From the IMG/VR virus record IMGVR_UViG_3300044646_003076: a DNA stretch of 64,000 nt. The stretch is one strand, 5' to 3'. The notes beneath the pieces were generated by a model. That model was not told where the DNA came from. It was given only the letters and a program-made list of their open reading frames with translations, and ran no database searches. Of this stretch, positions 1 through 8,403 are shown one piece after another (position 1 is the first letter of the stretch; every line of letters starts with the position of its first letter). A program made the translations under genes and the position numbers. Source of the stretch: a virus.

Positions 1-1
1 G

Positions 2-535
2 CATCCATATAACGGATATGATCTACAAGAAAATTTAGGTTATCGTCCCGATTCATTTTTGGATCTTTCCGAGCATGGTTATACTCGTAAGTCAATTTAT
101 GAATATCTCTATCCTAAACATTATTTTCTCGTGGGCAAATATCTTGTTTTTCACGATAAAACACCAATCGCAATTTTAACATCACCATTTTTGGAAGAAA
201 AAAGTGGCGTTAAATGGATCAATGGAAGTGTTTATGAATACACAAAGGCGCATATCAATAAACTACACTGTGCCGAACCGGAAAATCCAGAATGGATAGA
301 TCCCGATGAAGAATGGCCTGAAACTTATGAAGTTCCTAGTATTAAAAATCTAATTGCGGGTGTTCAGACAAAAGCAATTTATCAGGGAAAAGAGTACACA
401 ATTGATTGGCAAAATAGGAATTTCATATCTCATCGTTCTCAGGAGTTTCCAGATCAAGTAGTTCCATTGAAAGCGATTCCAGTCAATAATTGGATTCCGA
501 TTTCACAACTTTCATTTCCTATTCAACTCAAATGA
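2..535 (+). CDS. hypothetical protein, 5'-truncated by window edge
   Basis: The frame of ORF 59..535 is open back to base 2. Its stop overlaps the next ATG (ATGA at 532-535). Confidence 0.7.
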   Translation, partial: HPYNGYDLQENLGYRPDSFLDLSEHGYTRKSIYEYLYPKHYFLVGKYLVFHDKTPIAILTSPFLEEKSGVKWINGSVYEYTKAHINKLHCAEPENPEWIDPDEEWPETYEVPSIKNLIAGVQTKAIYQGKEYTIDWQNRNFISHRSQEFPDQVVPLKAIPVNNWIPISQLSFPIQLK

Positions 536-750
536 TTAACCAGATTCAACTCATGAATTTTATCATCACTAATCCCTATTGGTTTGTGGCAATTTGTACA
601 TTTATGGCTCTAACTATTAAGTTGATGATATCTCGTAATAGATATCCGTCATGGAGTAATCTTATTGTTGGAATTGTGAATGTATTGCCAAGCCTTTTTT
701 GGCCATATTATCTTCTTACCATGCTGATTCTCCGTCTTATTGCAAAATAG
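532..750 (+). CDS. small two-TM membrane protein
   Basis: ATGA coupling to the upstream ORF; two hydrophobic segments; ends LRLIAK*. Confidence 0.65.
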   Translation: MINQIQLMNFIITNPYWFVAICTFMALTIKLMISRNRYPSWSNLIVGIVNVLPSLFWPYYLLTMLILRLIAK

Positions 751-774
751 TGGCCAAATAATCAAACTGACACA
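731..774 (+). repeat. direct repeat copy 1 (last codons RLIAK* plus class-1 dyad)
   Basis: TCCGTCTTATTGCAAAATAGTGGCCA(A)ATAATCAAACTG(A/G)CACA also occurs at 2342-2384. Confidence 0.95.
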
Positions 775-820
775 ATAACATTCCATCAGACTCCCAGACT
801 TCTTATTACGTTCTCAGTTC
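750..820 (+). promoter_or_regulatory. class-1 early promoter (dyad, 30 bp, TATTAC)
   Basis: GTGGCCAAATAATCAAACTGACAC with the same spacing to a -10-like hexamer as the other copies. Confidence 0.6.
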
Positions 821-832
821 TCCCGACTTCCT

Positions 833-1120
833 ATGGCCAAGAAAATTCTTCCTTCCAGGTTCTATAAAGCAGATTTTTCCGGTAGAGTATCTGATATAAA
901 GAAAGAAAAAAGAATATCTTGGTATATTGAAAATCAATATGGATCTGTTGAAGAAGGAAATTTCGATGTTGTAACAGAAATTAAATATAGAAATGCTAAA
1001 AAGTCCAGATCTATTGCGAGGCATTACGTTAAAAAAGGTAATATCAATAAAGTTACTCTCATCAAAGTTGTTATGAGAGGTGAATGGCAATTCTTCTTTC
1101 CTAAAGTAATTAAGAGTTAA
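833..1120 (+). CDS. hypothetical basic protein
   Basis: ORF track; lies between two class-1 promoters with a pyrimidine-rich leader. Confidence 0.7.
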   Translation: MAKKILPSRFYKADFSGRVSDIKKEKRISWYIENQYGSVEEGNFDVVTEIKYRNAKKSRSIARHYVKKGNINKVTLIKVVMRGEWQFFFPKVIKS

Positions 1121-1176
1121 GAACACTTGGTAAACTGGCACAAAACTGTTTCCGCCAACATGAAAAGTGTTATGAT
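1121..1176 (+). promoter_or_regulatory. class-1 early promoter of tyrS
   Basis: GAACACTTGGTAAACTGGCAC, 29 bp, then TGT-TATGAT; ATG at 1183. Confidence 0.7.
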
Positions 1177-1182
1177 GAATTC

Positions 1183-2361
1183 ATGTCTACAACACGGACT
1201 ACGATCTCTTCTGAATTAAAAATGTCTATTTTTCGCGGTATTGTTGACATTTTTCCTGAAATTCCAACGGACTTTCTGGCTACACCAAAAAAGGATCAAA
1301 TTGGGGTTTGATCCTACATCGGATAGCTTACATTTGGGACATTCTATTCTTTTAAGAAAGCTCTCCGAATTTCAAAATGCTGGCCATAAACCAGTTATTA
1401 TTATTGGTGACTTTACAGCAAGAATTGGTGATCCAACTGGAAAATCAAAGACGCGCAAACAACTGACAAAAGAAGAAGTTGATGATAATGTTGATACATT
1501 TTTCACCACAATTTCTAAGTTTATTGATGTAAATAATGCTGAATTCGTCTTTAATTCCACTCATCTTAATTCACTCACTTTATCTGAAATTATTAGGCTC
1601 CAGTCAACATTTACAGTAAATCAGTTACTAGCAAAACAAGACTTTAGGGACCGATTCAATAAAGAAAACCCTATCGGTCTACATGAAATGATGTACCCGT
1701 TATTGCAAGGTTTTGATAGCTTTGCTGTAAAATCTGACATTGAATTGGGTGGAGTTGATCAAAAATTTAACGTATCTATCGGTAGAGTTATTCAAAAACA
1801 ATTTGATTCCGATAACCAACAAGTGGGAATGTTAATGCCGATTCTCATTGGAACTGATGGAAAAGAAAAAATGTCCAAGAGTCTCAATAATACCATAGGA
1901 ATAGATGAACACCCGCTTAATATGTTCTCAAAACTGGAAAAATTCCAGACAACATTGTAGACGATTTTATTTTACTTTTGACAGACTTAGGCATGACAAA
2001 TCTGCCTGCCAATCCTAGAGAAAAACAAAAGTTGATGGCAGTTGAAGTAGTTTCAACAATTCATGGTGAAGAAGAAGCCAAAAATGCTCTTAAAAATTCA
2101 GAGGCGATTATCGTATCCGGTGAAACAGAAGTTATTGCCGAAGAAGTCGCTTTTGAAGAAATTAAGCTGCCGATTCTACTCGCTAATTTACTTAAAGATA
2201 TAAATTTTACAAAATCAACAAGTGACGCGAGACGTTTGATAACTTCTGGTGCTATTAAAATAGATGGAATAAAAATTACAGACGAAAAACATACTGTTAA
2301 TGAATTTGGTCAACTCTTACAAGTTTCCCGTAAAAGATTTTTCCGTCTTATTGCAAAATAG
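1183..2361 (+). pseudogene. tyrS: tyrosyl-tRNA synthetase (cyanobacterial type) interrupted by two compensating 1-nt homopolymer indels
   Basis: N-terminal RGIVDIFP from ATG 1183; KLGFDPT..HLGH (HIGH) and KMSKS motifs in ORF 1241..1960; C-terminal S4 domain (SDARRLITSGAIKIDG) in ORF 1978..2361. Removing one A at 1287-1292 and adding one A at 1938-1942 restores one frame. Confidence 0.9.
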
Positions 2362-2384
2362 TGGCCAATAATCAAACTGGCACA
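2342..2384 (+). repeat. direct repeat copy 2
   Basis: Near-identical to 731-774. Confidence 0.95.
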
Positions 2385-2432
2385 GTCCATTGAATAATGG
2401 GTTGCTTATGGTCTATTATTCATTTGTCAACC
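2361..2432 (+). promoter_or_regulatory. class-1 early promoter, near-identical to 3140-3210 and 4713-4780
   Basis: AACTGGCACAGTCCATTGAATAATGGGTTGCTTATGGTCTATTATTCATTTGTCAAC is repeated. Confidence 0.75.
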
Positions 2433-2451
2433 GTTCACCACATTACAAACC

Positions 2452-2724
2452 ATGGGTGTGTTCATGGCTGAAACTCAAGACGACAATTGTCTTACATGTC
2501 GGTTTGCACAATGGAAACGCAACACATCTGGCCACCGCTTTCATATATCCGGCGATGGCCGCTGCATTTGGGAAGGGTGGCGGGACTGGAGCATTCCGGG
2601 TTCTATGTACCACGCTGGCAGTGTGGACGAGAAGTTAGCTCCCTCGCAGCCTGGTGGGGGTTATATCAACCGCAAGAAGCCCGTCGGCGACTGCCCATGC
2701 TGGGAGGATATTAAGAATGGCTGA
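2452..2724 (+). CDS. Cys-rich small protein (CxxC...C...CPCW), GC-rich; start may be 2464
   Basis: ORF track; CLTCRFAQW motif; hand GC counts of 57% (2521-2580) and 65% (2641-2700) versus about 33% in a structural-gene line. Confidence 0.7.
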   Translation: MGVFMAETQDDNCLTCRFAQWKRNTSGHRFHISGDGRCIWEGWRDWSIPGSMYHAGSVDEKLAPSQPGGGYINRKKPVGDCPCWEDIKNG

Positions 2725-2805
2725 TCTCGGCAACTGTTCACCATCTACGCCAGCGGGCTGATGAGCTGTTATTGTTAATTCAATTCTATCCAAAGGAGAA
2801 CTCTC

Positions 2806-3099
2806 ATGTCACTGAAACTTCGCGGTATTTCTTATACCCGTGACTGGAATTATAAGTCAGAATGGCCCACCAGTTTTGATCATGCTCTCAGAGATAGTAT
2901 TGACAAAATTGCAAAAGGAGATTCTTTCCGTGATGTAAGAATTGAGGATAAATTGGAAGCCACACAAAAAGTCATGGCAAATCTTATTGAACATCTTGTT
3001 CGGAAAGATCTTATGGATAATGAGGAATTTCAGACGATTCTTGAACAAAACGATTACCGACCTGAATTCAAACTTGTTGAGGTAGAAGATGAGGATTGA
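2806..3099 (+). CDS. hypothetical protein
   Basis: ORF with AAGGAG Shine-Dalgarno-like sequence upstream. Confidence 0.75.
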   Translation: MSLKLRGISYTRDWNYKSEWPTSFDHALRDSIDKIAKGDSFRDVRIEDKLEATQKVMANLIEHLVRKDLMDNEEFQTILEQNDYRPEFKLVEVEDED

Positions 3100-3139
3100 T
3101 AAAATCACGACAAGACTTCATAAGAAGTAATGATTCTTT

Positions 3140-3210
3140 GTGGACACTTCAACAACTGGCACAGTCCATTGAATAATGGGTTGCTTATGGTCTATTATTC
3201 ATTTGTCAAC
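3140..3210 (+). promoter_or_regulatory. class-1 early promoter
   Basis: GTGGACACTTCAACAACTGGCAC, 30 bp, TATTAT. Confidence 0.75.
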
Positions 3211-3239
3211 CACAGACGCCTTTCATCACTTCGGTAACC

Positions 3240-3494
3240 ATGAAAACCAACAAACAAGAATTTCTGTTTCTGACCGATTATCAGACAGGAGAGCCGATCT
3301 TTTTGGATATATCACAAATTGCGTCTATCCAACAACTTGTGGACCCTAGGCGCACCCGCATTACCATTCTGACAAGCAACCAGCAATTTCTTGTCAGTGA
3401 AGAAGCTCTGGCCGTTGCTCTTGCCAGCGGGCGCGGCTTTTGGGGACCGAAGGATGATTCAGATGTACAAGAAACACTTAAAGAAATGACTTAA
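3240..3494 (+). CDS. small beta-rich protein, possibly FlbD/SwrD-like; paralog of the C-terminal domain of 4803..5276
   Basis: Shares QEFLxLTDYQTGEPIxLDxSQI and the underlying DNA with 5073-5150. Confidence 0.75.
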   Translation: MKTNKQEFLFLTDYQTGEPIFLDISQIASIQQLVDPRRTRITILTSNQQFLVSEEALAVALASGRGFWGPKDDSDVQETLKEMT

Positions 3495-3536
3495 ATTAAC
3501 TCCTATTATTGATTTAACAACCTATTCACCAAAATC

Positions 3537-3737
3537 ATGTTTTATGTTCTAGCAACACTCCAAAATCCTTCTCGTGAAGTCTTTGTTCACTGGACGTATC
3601 CCTATACTCCTTGTTTCTATGCTATTGATAATCCACCAAAATCAGTTTCAAGAGAAGAAGCGGAATGGTTGCTAAGCAAATGCCAGGAATGTCATGGATG
3701 GATGTATGACCACAACTTACGAATTGTGCCAGCCTGA
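3537..3737 (+). CDS. hypothetical protein
   Basis: ORF track; followed by a terminator. Confidence 0.6.
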   Translation: MFYVLATLQNPSREVFVHWTYPYTPCFYAIDNPPKSVSREEAEWLLSKCQECHGWMYDHNLRIVPA

Positions 3738-3782
3738 GCATACTAATGGACCATTGATTAGTGATGCAATTTTCAATGTCAT

Positions 3783-3810
3783 CCTCCTCTAATACAGGAG
3801 GTTTTTATTG
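3783..3810 (+). terminator. intrinsic terminator (CCTCCT family copy 1)
   Basis: CCTCCT-ctaatac-AGGAGG followed by TTTTTATTG; sister copies at 4595 and 5316. Confidence 0.85.
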
Positions 3811-3906
3811 TCCAAATGTCGGAAGCCGGTTCAAGAAGTGGCACAATAGGCTTTTCATTGTTCCTAGGTTCTGGTTAAACTATTATTGTTCTCAAACAGA
3901 GAAATC

Positions 3907-4587
3907 ATGCTCACTTTCGCTTCTGCTACAGATCTTCTCGGAAACCGCCAATCAAAAAAGCTGGCCAATAATACCTATCTGAGAAAAGAAAATGATTATT
4001 TTGTAGTCCGATTGCATGAAACCGATATTATCACAATCGCTCCTGATGATTCCTGTATTCTTCACAACGAAGGATATTTCACCAAAACAACTAAAGAACG
4101 ACTGAATAGTTATTCTTCCGCGACCATCGTTCAGGAAAAGGGTATTTGGTATGTAAGGGGCATTCCATTTTATGATGGAATGATTATTGATAAAAATGGC
4201 AATCCCGTTAATACAATCAATAATACAGACGAAGTTCAGAAAAAGAAGAAAAGGCTGGATATTATGGTGAAAAAGTTTATTGAAGGTTATTGTGAATGGG
4301 CATTGGAAAATGGTATTGAACGATCTAATGGTGACTGTTGGTTGTGTTTGTTTGGACAAGATAATAACCTAGATCACATTTACAGTCATCTGGAAGAACA
4401 GTATTATTTTGGTTCATTTGTTGATGTTGTTATCAGACAAAGTAATTATAACAATCCTGATTTTATTCGTCAATATACCTCATCTCAATTAAGAACATCT
4501 AAATCTAGTTCTCATCTAAAAAGACTTCTGACAACATATTTTAAAAAAGTCAAACCAAATCTTATGGAATTTGTTACACTGGAATGA
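3907..4587 (+). CDS. conserved phage hypothetical protein (KLANNTYL...VRLHETDI...TKTTKERLN type)
   Basis: ORF 3886..4587; ATG at 3907 preferred. Confidence 0.8.
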   Translation: MLTFASATDLLGNRQSKKLANNTYLRKENDYFVVRLHETDIITIAPDDSCILHNEGYFTKTTKERLNSYSSATIVQEKGIWYVRGIPFYDGMIIDKNGNPVNTINNTDEVQKKKKRLDIMVKKFIEGYCEWALENGIERSNGDCWLCLFGQDNNLDHIYSHLEEQYYFGSFVDVVIRQSNYNNPDFIRQYTSSQLRTSKSSSHLKRLLTTYFKKVKPNLMEFVTLE

Positions 4588-4594
4588 AAACCAC

Positions 4595-4625
4595 ATCCTC
4601 CTCTAATCCAGGAGGATTTTTTATT
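4595..4625 (+). terminator. intrinsic terminator (CCTCCT family copy 2)
   Basis: ATCCTCCT-ctaatcc-AGGAGGAT plus T-run. Confidence 0.85.
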
Positions 4626-4712
4626 GTCCATAAAACTCAAATTTATTAAAAGACTTCCAAACGTAGTACCCATTCCCGAAAATGAAATCATGTAAATTTA
4701 TTAAAGTCTAAA

Positions 4713-4780
4713 GGACAGTTAAGAAACTGGCACAGTCTATTGGATAATGGATTGCTTATGGCCTATTATTGATTTGTTCA
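4713..4780 (+). promoter_or_regulatory. class-1 early promoter
   Basis: GGACAGTTAAGAAACTGGCAC, 30 bp, TATTAT. Confidence 0.7.
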
Positions 4781-4802
4781 TTCACAAACGAGGATTTCTC
4801 TC

Positions 4803-5276
4803 ATGTCCACGATTAAGGTTCAAATTGTTGGTGGTGGTTCTGTTAAGAGTCTTATTGAAGCCGGCCCGGAATCTTGTAATCCCGAATTCGCCAAGAATAA
4901 TCATCTCACCTTTCATGCTTATTCTGATACAATGAAAGCCCGGATTCTTGAACAAATGATTAAATCTCCTGCAAGAATCGGGATTTCGTTTACTGATGAA
5001 CCATATAGGACTGGAGAATGGCATGAACCATTGATTGTTGATGCAATTTTCAATCGTTCACAATCACTCGTTAGACAAGAATTTCTAACCCTGACCGATT
5101 ATCAGACAGGAGAGCCGATCTATTTGGATGTATCACAAATTACGTTCATCCGGCAGATTGGGAGTGGTGATACTTACCCCAGACATACCAGCGTTGGTAC
5201 GCTGTCAAACAATCAGGTATTTCTTGTCAGGGAAGAAGCGGCATGGATCGCCCGGATTATAGCGAAAAAGATGTAA
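4803..5276 (+). CDS. two-part hypothetical protein; C-terminal part paralogous to 3240..3494
   Basis: ORF track; shared domain visible in DNA and protein. Confidence 0.75.
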   Translation: MSTIKVQIVGGGSVKSLIEAGPESCNPEFAKNNHLTFHAYSDTMKARILEQMIKSPARIGISFTDEPYRTGEWHEPLIVDAIFNRSQSLVRQEFLTLTDYQTGEPIYLDVSQITFIRQIGSGDTYPRHTSVGTLSNNQVFLVREEAAWIARIIAKKM

Positions 5277-5315
5277 AAACGAACCATCGATTGCTGATAC
5301 AAATTTCAATGTCAT

Positions 5316-5346
5316 CCTCCTCTAATCCAGGGGGTTTTTTATTGTC
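5316..5346. terminator. terminator between convergent genes (CCTCCT family copy 3)
   Basis: CCTCCT-ctaatcc-AGGGGG plus T-run, between 4803..5276(+) and 5361..5867(-). Confidence 0.8.
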
Positions 5347-5360
5347 TAAAAATGTAAAAA

Positions 5361-5867
5361 TCACCCATTCTCCATCTGATAAAGAATCTTTCTTAGACCA
5401 CGAGTGTTAATATAATTTTCCATGGCCTCTTTTAGAAATTGATTCAAAAACTCTGTAGAAGTAGGAACAGAATAACCTTTCAGTTTAACCGCCTTGTAGA
5501 GCATTTTAAAATCTTTTATTATCTTTTTGTCCAACAATAAGATTTCGTCTTTTTTAGCTTTCTCCCATGTAACATTATTAACAGAACAATCCATTCTGTC
5601 TTTACTTTTATACTTGATTCTTTTTGAATTAGAAATGTTGGGGAGAAATGCTTTTGCAACTAAGTTACCTACAAGAATACATCTTCTACGGTGAGTTTTA
5701 TCATAAATCCAGACAGCCTTATTTGTCTTTACTCTTCCATCTTTTAGTTTAATGAGAGTGTTATTTCTTTTCATTGACCATATTTCGCCAGAGTCAGAGA
5801 CGAAATACCCCTCAAAGTCCTCGTAACCGGAAATGCTATTTATTGCCGTCAAATTGGTTGGTATCAC
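5361..5867 (-). CDS. NUMOD4 plus degenerate HNH-like protein with helical C-terminal extension
   Basis: FEGYFVSDSGEIWS (NUMOD4-like); LVAKAFLPN...NNVTW matches the HNH_3 scaffold, but the His/Asn ligand positions are replaced. Confidence 0.7.
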   Translation of the reverse strand: MIPTNLTAINSISGYEDFEGYFVSDSGEIWSMKRNNTLIKLKDGRVKTNKAVWIYDKTHRRRCILVGNLVAKAFLPNISNSKRIKYKSKDRMDCSVNNVTWEKAKKDEILLLDKKIIKDFKMLYKAVKLKGYSVPTSTEFLNQFLKEAMENYINTRGLRKILYQMENG

Positions 5868-5954
5868 TGGGCTTATTTGGACAGAGATAATTATTTAAGC
5901 ATTCTGTATGAAAGTTAGTATTTTTAAGAGTTTTCTTGTCATAGTATAGGAATT

Positions 5955-6345
5955 GTGAATTGATAATGATTGTTATTGGTTAATAATTCGTATTGTTTAA
6001 TTATTGATAATATTTCGTATCGTTTATCGTTTGTTATTGTTATTCGTATTGTTTATTGTGTTTAAGACCCTTATTGATAAGAATTCGTATTGTTTATTGT
6101 TTATTATTGTAATTCGTATCATTTATTGTGTTTGATCTGGTTATTGTTGTTATTGTGTTTGAGACCCTTATTGATAATAATTCGTATCGTTTATTGTGTT
6201 TGATCTGGTTATTGTTGTTATTGTGTTTGAGACCCTTATTATTCTTAGTAATCTCGGGCTTCCTGTGATAACAACAGCAACCACCAATAACAACAGCAAC
6301 CACCAATAACAACAGCAACCACCAATAACCACAGCAAAAGAATAA
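5955..6345. repeat. non-coding simple-repeat block with T/G-rich to A/C-rich strand switch
   Basis: 51-bp exact duplication at 6122-6172 and 6190-6240; three 19-bp units ACAACAGCAACCACCAATA at 6271-6327; repeated TTATTGATAA. Confidence 0.9.
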
Positions 6346-6350
6346 CAAAC

Positions 6351-6373
6351 TTATTGATAATCATTCTCAATAA
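6351..6373. promoter_or_regulatory. Fur-box-like 11-1-11 palindrome
   Basis: TTATTGATAAT-C-ATTCTCAATAA has one mismatch; its core TGATAAT-N-ATTCTCA fits the 7-1-7 Fur consensus. Confidence 0.5.
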
Positions 6374-6402
6374 TACCATAAGAGATCCTAATACCCCAAC
6401 TC

Positions 6403-6431
6403 TTGACAACGATACTCCAACCGTCTATATT
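6403..6431 (+). promoter_or_regulatory. sigma70-type promoter
   Basis: TTGACA-N17-TATATT. Confidence 0.85.
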
Positions 6432-6456
6432 ACTTCTATACCCCAGAGGTTCTCCG

Positions 6457-6999
6457 ATGCCCACCACCAAAACAATCACTCTGTATAAGTTTGATGAGTT
6501 GAGCGAAGAAGCCCAGAATAATGCAATCTCCAAACTGTACAGTATAAATGTAGACCACGATTGGTGGGATCACATTTATGAAGATGCCAAAACTATCGGT
6601 CTTAAGATTGAAGAGTTTAATCTTGATCGTAAGAAAATCACCGGCACACTAAATGAATATCTGCTTGATTGTTGTCGTTCAATCCGACATAATCACGGTA
6701 AAGAATGCGAAACATTTAAGACTGCTCAACAATATCTACAAGAATATATTCAGCTATTTGTTAAATGGAAAGAAAATGATACCGAAGAAGACGTTTTTTG
6801 GAAACCCACTGATTGGTTATATGAATTCAAATATACTGACGAAGCCGATGAGATTACAAATGAATTCAGGAAAGCTCTACTCCAAGATTATCTTATCATG
6901 TTGGATAAAGAATATGAGTATTTGACTAGCGAAGAAGAAATTAAACAAGCAATAGAAGCTAATGAATATCTCTTCCATGAGGACGGAACACTGGAATAA
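6457..6999 (+). CDS. conserved phage hypothetical protein (LYKFDELSEEAQ...IEANEYLFxEDG family)
   Basis: ORF 6403..6999. The track's TTG start is the -35 box, so ATG 6457 is preferred. Confidence 0.8.
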   Translation: MPTTKTITLYKFDELSEEAQNNAISKLYSINVDHDWWDHIYEDAKTIGLKIEEFNLDRKKITGTLNEYLLDCCRSIRHNHGKECETFKTAQQYLQEYIQLFVKWKENDTEEDVFWKPTDWLYEFKYTDEADEITNEFRKALLQDYLIMLDKEYEYLTSEEEIKQAIEANEYLFHEDGTLE

Positions 7000-7004
7000 C
7001 ACCT

Positions 7005-7096
7005 GTTACAATAACTAACATTTGCTTCGGTATTATTATATCGGAGCATTTGTTATATCTTTACATTTAGTCTTAATAACATCTTATAGTGTCCGT
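7005..7096 (-). ncRNA. candidate ACGG small RNA copy H (driven by the left arm of a class-1 dyad)
   Basis: Minus strand: AACTGGAAC, 30 bp, TATAAT, 7 nt, ACGGAC. Its hairpin GCTCCGATATAATAATACCGAAGC is identical to the one in copy E at 14.25 kb. Confidence 0.5.
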
Positions 7097-7103
7097 AAGA
7101 GTT

Positions 7104-7197
7104 ATTATACATGATACAATGCACTAATGGTCCATGAGTGTTCCAGTTTATCAAGTGTCCACTGCTACCACCGCTCCTTCATAATATGGGTTATTGT
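7104..7197. promoter_or_regulatory. class-1 dyad with -10 boxes on both sides (bidirectional)
   Basis: Dyad at about 7138-7162; leftward TATAAT at 7104-7109; rightward TATTGT 29 bp downstream. Confidence 0.65.
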
Positions 7198-7439
7198 TAT
7201 TAAGTTCTCAAGAGATCACTCAAATGGAGACTGTTTTATTGTATTGAAATCTGAATAGCAATTCATTTAATAACATCTTTCTGGAGAATCTAATGGATGT
7301 TCCTTTCCTGTTCTTTTTTATTGTCTTTACAATCATGGGTTGGGCCATTTACTATAACAACCACAACGAATAAGACACTTCATAAACCGTCTACTAATAA
7401 CATCACACCTACAATAACAACGAATCATTCAAAACAACT

Positions 7440-7628
7440 ATGGAACTACTTACCAATCAAGTGAACGTGGTATTTCTTATTATTCAAACCGCTGTAGCCT
7501 TATATTTCACCTTCTTTCTTGATAATCTCACTCATAAGGCATTTAAGGAATTGGATGTAGACAAAAGGCGTCTTATTTCATGGGGAATGTTCTTTCTGAT
7601 GATCATCTCTCTTAAAACTCTTAACTGA
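7440..7628 (+). CDS. small two-TM membrane protein
   Basis: ORF track; hydrophobic; followed by a terminator. Confidence 0.6.
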   Translation: MELLTNQVNVVFLIIQTAVALYFTFFLDNLTHKAFKELDVDKRRLISWGMFFLMIISLKTLN

Positions 7629-7636
7629 ACTCAAAA

Positions 7637-7680
7637 GTGTTTCATATAGCTAGGACTAATAATCCTAGCTTTTTATTGTC
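7637..7680 (+). terminator. intrinsic terminator, repeated at 8216-8260
   Basis: GTGTTTCATATAGCTAGGACTAATAATCCTAGCTTTTTATTGTC occurs twice. Confidence 0.85.
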
Positions 7681-7860
7681 TAATAATCTAATAACATAAA
7701 TAATAACAGGTAATAACAATCCTCTTACACCTCCGGCCTCTGTAGTCACTGTCTCAAAGAGATCAAATTACACACCACTAAGGTTCTTAAAGATTAAAAA
7801 TCCTACTTCCAACCGAATAACAAAAACAGTAATAAAACTGATTATATTTTATTGCTTATA

Positions 7861-7936
7861 ATAATTCAAGTAGAAAGCGTTAGCGCAATCTACGATTTTT
7901 TAGTATCTGCGTGTACCAGTTTATCAAGTGTCCACT
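7861..7936 (+). repeat. about 76-bp repeat (hairpin plus class-1 dyad), identical at about 8265-8340
   Basis: ATAATTCAAGTAGAAAGCGTTAGCGCAATCTACG...GTGTACCAGTTTATCAAGTGTCCACT occurs twice, flanking ORF 7995..8168. Confidence 0.9.
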
Positions 7937-7994
7937 GCTACCACCGCTCCTTCATAATATGGGTTATTGTTATTAAGTCCTCAGGGAAACAACA

Positions 7995-8168
7995 ATGTCC
8001 CGCAAAGTCACTGTCACATTCACAACCAAAATGGTGTTAAATGTGGATGATGATGGTATCACTGATGAATATCTAATCAGGCACCTTACACGCTTCATGA
8101 ACAATCCAGCATACACCAAACTTATTGAGGATGAAAGGTACGACTTTAAGATTGAAGAGGAAGCGTAG
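7995..8168 (+). CDS. small protein, 57 aa (MSRKVTVTFTTKMVLNVDDD...), below ORF-track cut-off
   Basis: Hand-translated; fills a complete promoter-terminator cassette. Confidence 0.65.
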   Translation: MSRKVTVTFTTKMVLNVDDDGITDEYLIRHLTRFMNNPAYTKLIEDERYDFKIEEEA

Positions 8169-8403
8169 GTAATAATCTACAGATACGGCCACAAAACTGA
8201 CCAGATCCTTCCATAGTGTTTCATATAGCTAGGACTAATAATCCTAGCTTTTTATTGTCCAATAATAATTCAAGTAGAAAGCGTTAGCGCAATCTACGAT
8301 TTTTTAGTATCTGCGTGTACCAGTTTATCAAGTGTCCACTCATGGTTGCTTGATCTTTTAATACCTGTTATATTGTTATTGATCTAAAAGAATTCCACTC
8401 GCC

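Noticed and set aside
731-750. Shared RLIAK C-terminus as a degron
   Set aside because: DNA-level identity continues into non-coding sequence, so recombination explains it without protein-level selection.
1930-1960. Programmed -1 ribosomal frameshift in tyrS
   Set aside because: G_GAA_AAA is not a canonical X_XXY_YYZ heptamer, no obvious stimulatory structure follows, and a second opposite shift would also be needed.
5955-6345. Possible CRISPR mini-array
   Set aside because: The repeats are abutting or have near-identical intervening sequence. There are no unique 30-40 nt spacers and no cas genes.
6094-6348. 84-aa minus-strand ORF (LLLLVVAVV...NNNN)
   Set aside because: It is a translation of simple repeats with a 19-bp period, with no promoter or RBS support.
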